Positions 1 to 11,744 of a stretch of DNA of 64,000 bases are shown here, in pieces. The position numbers were made by a program, and so were the translations under genes. The notes under the pieces are model-generated. The model was given only the letters and a program-made list of their open reading frames with translations, did not search any database and was not told the origin of the DNA. The stretch is from Ptychomitrium polyphyllum (taxonomy: Eukaryota), in contig OZ316776.1 of assembly GCA_973851085.1 (NCBI GenBank), positions 10,416,001 to 10,480,000 of the forward strand. The letters run 5' to 3'. The stretch's first letter is position 1. Each line of letters begins with the position of its first letter.

Positions 1-3000
1 CTATAAAAGTAGCTGCAAGGATGAACACCCAGATAGGTCTAAAGTTGTATAGCCTTCAACTCTTCAGTTTATCTGGAAGTTGCTCTAACGATGTACACCA
101 TTGTAGGTTCAAGGAAGTAAGAGCCTTCAACTTTCTTATTTGGTGTGGAAGTTGCAGCAAGGATGAACACGTAAATAGGTCCAAAGACGTAAGAGCCTTC
201 AACTATCCAATTTGTTGTGGAAGTTGCTGCAAGGATGAACACCTTGATAGGTCCAAGGCGTAAGAGCCTTCAACTCTCCAATTTGCTCTGAAAGTTGCTG
301 CAAGATGAACACCTTGATAGGTCCAAGGACATAAGAGCCTTCAACTCTCCAATTTGCTGTGGAAGTTGCTACAAGGATGAACACCCAGATAGGTCCAAGG
401 AAGTGAGAGCCTTCAACTCTCCAATTTGCTGTCGTAGTTGCTGCAAAAATGAACACCTTGATAGGTCCAAGGACATAAGAGCCTTCAACTCTCCAATTTG
501 CTGTAAAAGTTGCGGCAAGGATTAACACCTAGATAGGTCCAAGGACGTAGGAGCCTTCAACTCTCCAATTTGCTATGGAAGTAGCTGCAAGGATGAACAC
601 CCAGATAGGTCCAAGGCGTAAGAGCCTTCAATTCTCCAATTTTCTGTGGAAGTTGCTGCAAGGATGAACACCCAGATAGGTCCAAGGACATAAGAGCCTT
701 CAACTCTCCAATTTGCTGTGGAAGTTGCTGCAAGGATGAACACCCAGATAGGTCCAAGGACGTAAGAGCCTTCAACTCTCCAATTTGTTGTGGAAGTTGC
801 TGCAAGGATGAACACCCAGATAGGTCCAAGGACGTAAGAGCCTTCAACTCTCCAATTTGTTGTCGAAGTTGCTGCAAGGATGAACACCCAGATAGGTCCA
901 AGTAAGTAAGAGCCTTCAACTCTCTAATTTGCTGTGGAAGTTGCTGCAAGGATAAACACCTAGATAGGTCCAAGAACGTAAGAGCCTTCAACTCTCCAAT
1001 TTGCTGTGGAAGTTGCTGCAGGGATGAACACCCAGATAGGTCCAAGGACGTAAGAGCTTTCAACTCTCCAATTTGTTGTGGAAGTTGCTGCAAGGATGAA
1101 CACCCAGATATGTCCAAGGAAGTAAGAGCCTTCAACTCTCTAATTTGCTGTGGAAGTTGCTGCAAGGATAAACACCTAGATAGGTCCAAGGACGTAAGAG
1201 CCTTCAACTCTCCAATTTGCTGTGGTAGTTGCAGCAAGGATTAACACCCAGATAGGTCCAAGGACGTAAGAGCCTTCAACTCTCCAATTTGCTGTGGAAG
1301 TTGCTGCAGGGATGAACACCCAGATAGGTCCAAGGACGTAAGAGCTTTCAACTCTCCAATTTGTTGTGGAAGTTGCTGCAAGGATGAACAACCAGATAGG
1401 TCCAAGGACGTAAGAGCCTTCAACTCTCCAATTTGCTGTGGAAGTTGCTGCAAGGATAAACACCTAGATAGGTCCAAGGACGTAAGAGCCTTCAACTCTC
1501 CAATTTGCTGTGGTAGTTGCAGCAAGGATTAACACCCAGATAGGTCCAAGGACGTAAGAGCCTTCAACTCTCCAATTTGCTGTGGTAGTAGCTGCAGGGA
1601 TGTTCATCCAGATAGGTCCAAGGACGTAAGAGCCTTCAACTCTCCAATCTGTTGTGGAAGTTGCTGCAAGGATGAACACCCAGATATGTCCAAGGAAGTA
1701 AGAGCCTTCAACTCTCTAATTTGCTGTGGAAGTTGCTGCAAGGATAAACACCTAGATAGGTCCAAGGACGTAAGAGCCTTCAACTCTCCAATTTGCTATG
1801 GAAGTAGCTGCAAGGATGAACACCCAGATAGGTCCAAAGTTGTAAGAGCCTTCAACTCTTCAGTTTATCTGGAAGTTGCTCTAACGATGTACACCATTGT
1901 AGGTTCAAGGAAGGAAGAGCCTTCAACTCTCCAATTTGCTATAAAAGTAGCTGCAAGGATGAACACCCAGATAGGTCTAAAGTTGTATAGCCTTCAACTC
2001 TTCAGTTTATCTGGAAGTTGCTCTAACGATGTACACCATTGTAGGTTCAAGGAAGTAAGAGCCTTCAACTTTCTTATTTGGTGTGGAAGTTGCTGCAAGG
2101 ATGAACACCCAGATAGGACCAAGGACATAAGAGCCTTCAACTCTCCAATTTGTTGTGGAAGTTGCTGCAAGGATGAACACCCAGATATGTCCAAGGAAGT
2201 AAGAGCCTTCAACTCTCTAATTTGCTGTGGAAGTTGCTGCAAGGATAAACACCTAGATAGGTCCAAGGACGTAAGAGCCTTCAACTCTCCAATTTGCTGT
2301 GGAAGTTGCTGCAAGGATGAACACCCAGATAGGACCAAGGACATAAGAGCCTTCAACTCTCCAATTTGCTGTAGAAGTTGCTGCAAGGATAAACACCTAA
2401 ATAGGTCCAAGGAAGTAAGAGCCTTCAACTCTCCAATTTGCTGTGGAAGTTGCTGCAAGGATGAACACCATAGGTCCAAGGACATAAGAGCCTTCAACTC
2501 TCCAATTTGCTGTGGAAGTTGCGGCAAGGATTAACACCTAGATAGGTCTAAGGAAGTAAGAGCCTTCAACTCTCTAATTTGCTGTGGAAGTTGCTGCAAG
2601 GATAAACACCTAGATAGGTCCAAGGACATAAGAGCCTTCAACTCTCCAATTTGCTGTGGAAGTTGCTGCAAGGATGAACACCCAGATAGGTCCAAGGACG
2701 TAAGAGCCTTCAACTCTCCAATTTGTTGTGGAAGTTGCTGCAAGGATGAACACCCAGATAGGTCCAAGGACGTAAGAGCCTTCAACTCTCCAATTTGCTG
2801 TGGAAGTTGCTGCAAGGATGAACTCCCAGATATGTCCAAGGAAGTAAGAGCCTTCAACTCTCCAATTTGCTGTGGAAGTTGCTGCAAGGATAAACACCCA
2901 GATAGGTCCAAGCACGTAAGAGCCTTCAACTCTCCAATTTGCTATGGAAGTAGCTGTAAGGATGAACACCCAGATAGGTCCAAGGACAAAAGAGCCTTCA

Positions 3001-6000
3001 ACTCTCCAATTTGTTGTGGAAGTTGCTGCAAGGCTGAACACCCAGATATGTCCAAGGAAGTAAGAGCCTTCAACTCTCTAATTTGCTGTGGAAGTTGCTG
3101 CAAGGATAAACACCTAAATAGGTCCAAGGACGTAAGAGCCTTCAACTCTCCAATTTGTTGTGGAAGTTGCTGCAAGGATGAACACCCAGATAGGTCCAAG
3201 GACGTAAGAGCCTTCAACTCTCCAATTTGTTGTGGAAGTTGCTGCAAGGATGAACACCCAGATATGTCCAAGGAAGTAAGAGCCTTCAACTCTCTAATTT
3301 GCTATAGAAGTTGCTGCAAGGATAAACACCTAAATAGGTCCAAGGAAGTAAGAGCCTTCAACTCTCTAATTTGCTGTGGAAGTTGCAGCAAGGATAAACA
3401 CCTAAATAGGTCCAAGGACGTAAGAGCCTTCAACTCTCCAATTTGCTGTGGAAGTTGCTGCAAGGATGAACACCCAGATATGTCCAAGGAAGTAAGAGCC
3501 TTCAACTCTCCAATTTGCTATAGAAGTTGCTGCAAGGATAAACACCTAAATAGGTCCAAGGAAGTAAGAGCCTTCAACTCTCTAATTTGCTGTGGAAGTT
3601 GCAGCAAGGATAAACACCTAAATAGGTCCAAGGACGTAAGAGCCTTCAACTCTCCAATTTGCTGTGGAAGTTGCTGCAAGGATGAACACTCAGATAGGTC
3701 CAAGGACGTAAGAGCCTTCAACTCTCCAATTTGCTGTGGAAGTTGCGGCAAGGATTAACACCTAGATAGGTCCAAGGAAGTAAGAGCCTTCAACTCTCTA
3801 ATTTGCTGTGGAAGTTGCTGCAAGGTTAAACACCTAGATAGGTCCAAGGACATAAGAGCCTTCAACTCTCCAATTTGCTGTGGAAGTTGCTGCAAGGATG
3901 AACACCCAGATAGGTCCAAGGACGTAAGAGCCTTCAACTCTCCAATTTGTTGTGGAAGTTGCTGCAAGGATGAACACCCAGATAGGTCCAAGGATGTAAC
4001 ATCCTTCAACTCTCCAATTTGTTGTGGAAGTTGCTGCAAGGATGAACACCTAGATATGTCCAAGGAAGTAAGAGCCTTCAACTCTCTAATTTGCTGTGGA
4101 AGTTGCTGCAAGGATAAACACCTAGATAGGTCGAAGGACGTAAGAGCCTTCAACTCTCCAATTTGCTATGGAAGTTGCTGCAAGGATGAACACTCAGATA
4201 GGTCCAAGGACATAAGAGCCTTCAACTCTCCAATTTGCTGTGGAAGTTGCGGCAAGGATTAACACCTAGATAGGTCCAAGGAAGTAAGAGCCTTCAACTC
4301 TCCAATTTGCTGTGGAAGTTGCGGCAAGGATGAACACCTAGATAGGTCCAAGGACGTAAGAGCCTTCAACTCTCCAATTTGTTGTGGAAGTTGCTGCAAG
4401 GATGAACACCCAGATAGGTCCAAGGACGTAAGAGCCTTCAACTCTCCAATTTGTTGTGGAAGTTGCTGCAAGGATGAACACCCAGATAGGTCCAAGGATG
4501 TAAGAGCCTTGAACTCTCCAATTTGTTGTGGAAGTTGCTGCAAGGATGAACACCCAGATATGTCCAAGGAAGTAAGAGCCTTCAACTCTCTAATTTGCTG
4601 TGGAAGTTGCTGCAAGGATAAACACCTAGATAGGTCGAAGGACGTAAGAGCCTTCAACTCTCCAATTTGCTATGGAAGTAGCTGCAAGGATGAACACCCA
4701 GATAGGTCCAAAGTTATAAGAGCCTTCAACTCTTCAGTTTATCTGGAAGTTGCTCTAACGATGTACACCATTGTAGGTTCAAGGAAGGAAGAGCCTTCAA
4801 CTCTCCAATTTGCTATAAAAGTAGCTGCAAGGATGAACACCCAGATAGGTCCAAGGACGTAAGAGCCTTCAACTCTCCAATTTGCTGTGGAAGTTGCTGC
4901 AAGGATGAACACCCAGATAGGTTTAAGGACATAAGAGCCTTCAACTCTCGAATTTGCTGTGGAAGTTGCTGCAAGGATGGACATCCAGATAGGTCCAAGG
5001 ACATAAGAGCCTTCAACTCTCCAATTTGCTGTGGAAGTAGCTGCAAGGATGAACACCTAGATAGGTCCAAGGATGTAAGAGCCTTCAATTCTTCAATTTG
5101 CTATGGAAGTTGCTGCAAGGATGAACACCCAGATAGGTCCAAGTAAGTAAGAGCCTTCAACTCTCTAATTTGCTGTGGAAGTTGCTGCAAGGATAAACAC
5201 CTAGATAGGTCCAAGAACGTAAGAGCCTTCAACTCTGCAATTTGCTGTGGAAGTTGCTGCAGGGATGAACACCCAGATAGGTCCAAGGACGTAAGAGCCT
5301 TCAACTCTCCAATTTGTTGTGGAAGTTGCTGCAAGGATGAACACCCAGATAGGTCCAAGCACGTAAGAGCCTTCAACTCTCCAATTTGTTGTGGAAGTTC
5401 CTGCAAGGATGAACACCCAGATAGGTCCAAGGACGTAAGAGCCTTCAACTCTCCAATTTGCTGTGGAAGTTGCTGCAAGGATGAACACCCAGATAGGTTT
5501 AAGGACATAAGAGCCTTCAACTCTCGAATTTGCTGTGGAAGTTGCTGCAAGGATGGACATCCAGATAGGTCCAAGGACATAAGAGCCTTCAACTCTCCAA
5601 TTTGCTGTGGAAGTAGCTGCATGGATGAACACCTAGATAGGTCCAAGGATGTAAGAGCCTTCAATTCTTCAATTTGCTATGGAAGTTGCTGCAAGGATGA
5701 ACACCCAGATAGGTTTAAGGACATAAGAGCCTTCAACTCTCGAATTTGCTGCGGAAGTTGCTGCAAGGATGGACATCCAGATAGGTCCAAGGACATAAGA
5801 GCCTTCAACTCTCCAATTTGCTGTGGAAGTAGCTGCAAGGATGAACACCTAGATAGGTCCAAGGATGTAAGAGCCTTCAATTCTTCAATTTGCTATGGAA
5901 GTTGCTGCAATGATGAACATCCAGATAGGTCCAAGGACATAAGAGCTTTCAACTTTCCAATTTGCTGTGGTAGTTGCAGCAAGGATTAACACCTAGATAG

Positions 6001-9000
6001 GTCCAAGGACATAAGAGCCTTCAACTCTCCAATTTGTTGTGGAAGTTGCTGCAAGGATGAACACCCAGATAGGTCCAAGTAAGTAAGAGCCTTCAACTCT
6101 CTAATTTGTTGTGGAAGTTGCAGCAAGGATGAACACCCAGATAGGTCCAAGGACGTAACAGCCTTCAACTCTCCAATTTGCTGTGGAAGTTGCTGCAAGG
6201 ATGAACACCCAGATAGCTCTAAGGTTATAAGAACCTTCAACTCTCCAATTTTCTGTGGAAGTTGCTGCAAGGATAAACACTTAGATAGGTCCAAGGACGT
6301 TGGAGCCTTCAACTCTCCAATTTGCTATGGAAGTAGCTGCAAGGATGAACAATCAGATAGGTCCAAGGCGTAAGAGCCTTCAACTCTCCAATTTTCTGTG
6401 GAAGTTGCTGCAAGGATGAACATCCAGATAGGTCCAAGGACATAAGAGCCTTCAACTCTCCAATTTGCTGTGGAAGTTGCGGCAAGGATTAACACCTAGA
6501 TAGGTCCAAGGAAGTAAGAGCCTTGAACTCTCCAATTTGCTATGGAAGTAGCTGCAAGGATGAACACCCAGATAGGTTTAAGGACATAAGAGCCTTCAAC
6601 TCTCGAATTTGCTGCGGAAGTTGCTGCAAGGATGGACATCCAGATAGGTCCAAGGACATAAGAGCCTTCAACTCTCCAATTTGCTGTGGAAGTAGCTGCA
6701 AGGATGAACACCTAGATAGGTCCAAGGATGAAAGAGCCTTCAATTCTTCAATTTGCTATGGAAGTTGCTGCAATGATGAACATCCAGATAGGTCCAAGGA
6801 CATAGGAGCTTTCAACTTTCCAATTTGCTGTGGTAGTTGCAGCAAGGATTAACACCTAGATAGGTCCAAGGACATAAGAGCCTTCAACTCTCCAATTTGT
6901 TGTGGAAGTTGCTGCATGGATGAACACTCAGATAGGTCCAAGGACGTAAGAGCCTTCAACTCTCCAATTTGTTGTGGAAGTTGCTGCAAGGATGAACACC
7001 CAGATAGGTCCAAGCACGTAAGAGCCTTCAACTCTCCAATTTGTTGTGGAAGTTGCTGCAAGGATGAACACCCAGATAGGTCCAAGTAAGTAAGAGCCTT
7101 CAACTCTCTAATTTGCTGTGGAAGTTGCTGCAAGGATAAACACCTAGATAGGTCCAAGAACGTAAGAGCCTTCAACTCTCCAATTTGCTGTGGAAGTTGC
7201 TGCAGGGATGAACACCCAGATAGGTCCAAGGACGTAAGAGCCTTCAACTCTCCAATTTGTTGTGGAAGTTGCTGCAAGGATGAACACCCAGATAGGTCCA
7301 AGCACGTAAGAGCCTTCAACTCTCTAATTTGTTGTGGAAGTTGCTGCAAGGATAAACACCCAGATAGGTCCAAGGACGTAAGAGCCTTCAACTCTCCAAT
7401 TTGCTGTGGAAGTTGCTGCAAGGATGAACACCCAGATAGGTTTAAGGACATAAGAGCCTTCAACTCTCGAATTTGCTGTGGAAGTTGCTGCAAGGATGGA
7501 CATCCAGATAGGTCCAAGGACATAAGAGCCTTCAACTCTCCAATTTGCTGTGGAAGTTGCTGCATGGATGAACACCCAGATAGGTCCAAGTAAGTAAGAG
7601 CCTTCAACTCTCCAATTTGTTGTGGAAGTTGCTGCAAGGATGAACACCCAGATAGGTCCAAGGACGTAAGAGCCTTCAACTCTCCAATTTGCTGTGGAAG
7701 TTGCTGCAAGGATGAACACCCAGATAGGTTTAAGGACATAAGAGCCTTCAACTCTCGAATTTGCTGTGGAAGTTGCTGCAAGGATGGACATCCAGATAGG
7801 TCCAAGGATGTAAGAGCCTTCAACTCTCCAATTTGCTGTGGAAGTAGCTGCAAGGATGAACACCTAGATAGGTCCAAGGATGTAAGAGCCTTCAATTCTT
7901 CAATTTGCTATGGAAGTTGCTGCAATGATGAACATCCAGATAGGTCCAAGGACATAAGAGCTTTCAACTTTCCAATTTGCTGTGGTAGTTGCAGCAAGGA
8001 TTAACACCTAGATAGGTCCAAGGACATTAGAGCCTTCAACTCTCCAATTTGTTGTGGAAGTTGCTGCAAGGATGAACACCCACATAGGTCCAAGTAAGTA
8101 AGAGCCTTCAACTCTCTAATTTGCTGTGGAAGTTGCAGCACGGATGAACACCCAGATAGGTCCAAGGACGTAACAGCCTTCAACTCTCCAATTTGCTGTG
8201 GAAGTTGCTGCAAGGATGAACACCCAGATAGCTCTAAGGTTATAAGAACCTTCAACTCTCCAATTTTCTGTGGAAGTTGCTGCAAGGATGAACATTTAGA
8301 TAGGTCCAAGGACGTTGGAGCCTTCAACTCTCCAATTTGCTATGGAAGTAGCTGCAAGGATGAACACCCAGATAGGTCCAAGGCGTAAGAGCCTTCAACT
8401 CTCCAATTTTCTGTGGAAGTTGCTGCAAGGATGAACACCCAGATAGGTCCAAGGACATAAGAGCCTTCAACTCTCCAATTTGCTGTGGAAGTTGCGGCAA
8501 GGATTAACACCTAGATAGGTCCAAGGAAGTAAGAGCCTTCAACTCTCTAATTTGCTGTGGAAGTTGCTGCAAGGATAAACACCTAGATAGGTCCAAGGAA
8601 GTAAGAGCCTTCAACTCTCCAATTTGCTGTGGAAGTTGCTGCAGGGATGAACACCCAGATAGGTCCAAGGACATAAGAGCCTTCAACTCTCCAATTTGCT
8701 GTGGAAGTTGCTGCATGGATGAACACCCAGATAGGTCCAAGGACGTAAGAGCCTTCAACTCTCCAATTTGTTGTGGAAGTTGCTGCAAGGATGAACACCC
8801 AGATAGGTTTAAGGACATAAGAGCCTTCAACTCTCGAATTTGCTGCGGAAGTTGCTGCAAGGATGGACATCCAGATAGGTCCAAGGACATAAGAGCCTTC
8901 AACTCTCCAATTTGCTGTGGAAGTAGCTGCAAGGATGAACACCTAGATAGGTCCAAGGATGTAAGAGCCTTCAATTCTCCAATTTGCTATGGAAGTTGCT

Positions 9001-11744
9001 GCAATGATGAACATCCAGATAGGTCCAAGGACATAGGAGCTTTCAACTTTCCAATTTGCTGTGGTAGTTGCAGCAAGGATTAACACCTAGATAGGTCCAA
9101 GGACGTAACAGCCTTCAACTCTCCAATTTGTTGTGGAAGATGCTGCAAGGATGAACACCCAGATAGGTCCAAGTAAGTAAGAGCCTTCAACTCTCTAATT
9201 TGCTGTGGAAGTTGCTGCAAGGATGAACACCCAGATAGGTCCAAGGACGTAAGAGCCTTCAACTCTCCAATTTGTTGTGGTAGTTGCTGCAGGGATGAAC
9301 AGCCAGATAGGTCCAAGGAAGTGAGAGCCTTCAACTCTCTAATTTGCTGTGGAATTTGCTGCAAGGATAAACACCCAGATAGGTCCAAGGAAGTAAGAGC
9401 CTTCAACTCTCTAATTTGCTGTGGAAGTTGCTGCAAGGATAAACACCTAGATAGGTCCAAGGACGTAACAGCCTTCAACTCTCCAATTTGCTGTGGAAGT
9501 TGCTGCAAGGATGAACACCCAGATAGCTCTAAGGTTATAAGAACCTTCAACTCTCCAATTTTCTGTGGAAGTTGCTGCAAGGATGAACACTTATATAGGT
9601 CCAAGGACGTAGGAGCCTTCAAATCTGCAATTTGCTATGGAAGTAGCTGCAAGGATGAACACCCAGATAGGTCCAAGGCGTAAGAGCCTTCAACTCTCCA
9701 ATTTGCTGTGGAAGTTGCTGCAGGGATGAACACCCAGATAGGTCCAAGGACGTAAGAGCCTTTAACTCTCCAATTTGTTGTGGCAGTTGCTGCAAGGATG
9801 AACACCCAGATAGGTCCAAGCACGTAAGAGCCTTCAACTCTCCAATTTGTTGTGGAAGTTGCTGCAAGGATGAACACCCAGATAGGTCCAAGGACGTAAG
9901 AGCCTTCAACTCTCGAATTTGCTGTGGAAGTAGCTGCAAGGATGAACATCCAGATAGGTCCAAGGATGTAAGAGCCTTCAACTCTCCAATTTGTTGTGGA
10001 AGTTGCTGCAAGGATGAACACCCAGTTAAGTCCAAGGAAGTATGAGCCTTCAACTCTCCAATTTGCTATGGAAATTGCTGCAATGATGAACATCCAGATA
10101 GGTCCAAGGACATAGGAGCTTTCAACTTTCCAATTTGCTGTGGTAGTTGCAGCAAGGATTAACACCTAGATAGGTCCAAGGCGTAAGAGCCTTCAACTCT
10201 CCAATTTGCTGTGGAAGTTGCTGCAAGGATAAACACCGAGATAGGTCCAAGGACATAAGAGCCTTCAACTCTCCAATTTGCTGTGGAAGTTGCTGCAAGG
10301 ATGAACACCCAGATCGGTCCAAGGACGTAAGAGCCTTCAACTCTCCAATTTGTTGTGGAAGTTGCTGCAAGGATGAACACCCAGATAGGTCCAAGGACGT
10401 AAGAGCCTTCAACTCTCTAATTTGCTGTGGAAGTTGCTGTAGGGATGAACACCCAGATAGATCCAAGGACGTAAGAGCCTTCAACTCTCCAATTTGTTGT
10501 GGAAGTTGTTGCAAGGATGAACACCCAGATAGGTCCAAGGACGTAAGAGCCTTCAACTCTCTAATTTGCTGTGGAAGTTGCGGCAAGGATAAACACCTAG
10601 ATAGGTCCAAGGACGTAACAGCCTTCAACTCTCCAATTTGCTTTGGAAGTTGCTGCAAGGATGAACACCTAGATAGGTCCAAGGACGTAACAGCCTTCAA
10701 CTCTCCAATTTGCTGTGGAAGTTGCTGCAAGGATGAACACCCAGATAGGTCCAAGGACGTAAGAGCCTTCAACTCTCGAATTTGCTGTGGAAGTTGCTGC
10801 AAGGATGAACACCCAGATAGGTCCAAGGACGTAAGAGCCTTCAATTCTCCAATTTGTTGTGGAAGTTGCTGCAAGGATGAACACCCAGATAGGTCCAAGG
10901 ACGTAAGAGCCTTCAACTCTCCAATTTGTTGTGGAAGTTGCTGCAAGGATGAACACCCAGATAGGTCCAAGGACGTAAGAGCCTTCAACTCTCTAATTTG
11001 CTGTGGAAGTTGCTACAAGGATAAACACCTAGATAGGTCCAAGGACGTAACAGCCTTCAACTCTCTAATTTGCTGTGGAAGTTGCTGCAAGGATGAACAC
11101 CCAGATAGGTCTAAGGACGTAAGAGCCTTCAACTCTCCAATTTGTTGTGGAAGTTGCTGCAAGGATGAACACCCAGATAGGTCCAAGGACGTAAGAGCCT
11201 TCAACTCTCTAATTTGCTGTGGAAGTTGCTACAAGGATAAACACCTAGATAGGTCCAAGGACGTAACAGCCTTCAACTCTCCAATTTGCTGTGGAAGTTG
11301 CTGCAGGGATGAACACCCAGATAGGTCCAAGGACGTAAGAGCCTTCAATTCTCCAATTTGTTGTGGAAGTTGCTGCAAGGATGAACACCCAGATAGGTCC
11401 AAGGACGTAAGAGCCTTCAACTCTCCAATTTGTTGTGGAAGTTGCTGCAGGGATGAACACCCAGATAGGTCCAAGGACGTAAGAGCCTTCAACTCTCCAA
11501 TTTGCTGTGGAAGTAGCTGCAAGGATGAACACCCAGATAGGTCCAAGGATGTAAGAGCCTTCAACTCTCTAATTTGATGTGGAAGTTGCTGCAAGGATGA
11601 ACACCCAGTTAAGTCCAAGGAAGTATGAGCCTTCAATTCTTCAATTTGCTATGGAAGTTGCTGCAATGATGAACATCCAGATAGGTCCAAGGACATAAGA
11701 GCTTTCAACTTTCCAATTTGCTGTGGTAGTTGCAGCAAGGATTA

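Noticed and set aside
895..1025. Splice-like motifs in monomers (+ strand GTAAGT/GTAAGA and TGCAG|G; - strand TCCTTGCAG|C) suggesting alternative splicing around stops
   Set aside because: The strong donors are on the strand antisense to the LRR. The - strand donor candidates are weak and out of phase with the acceptors, and there is no intron-like sequence. This cannot be supported without transcripts.
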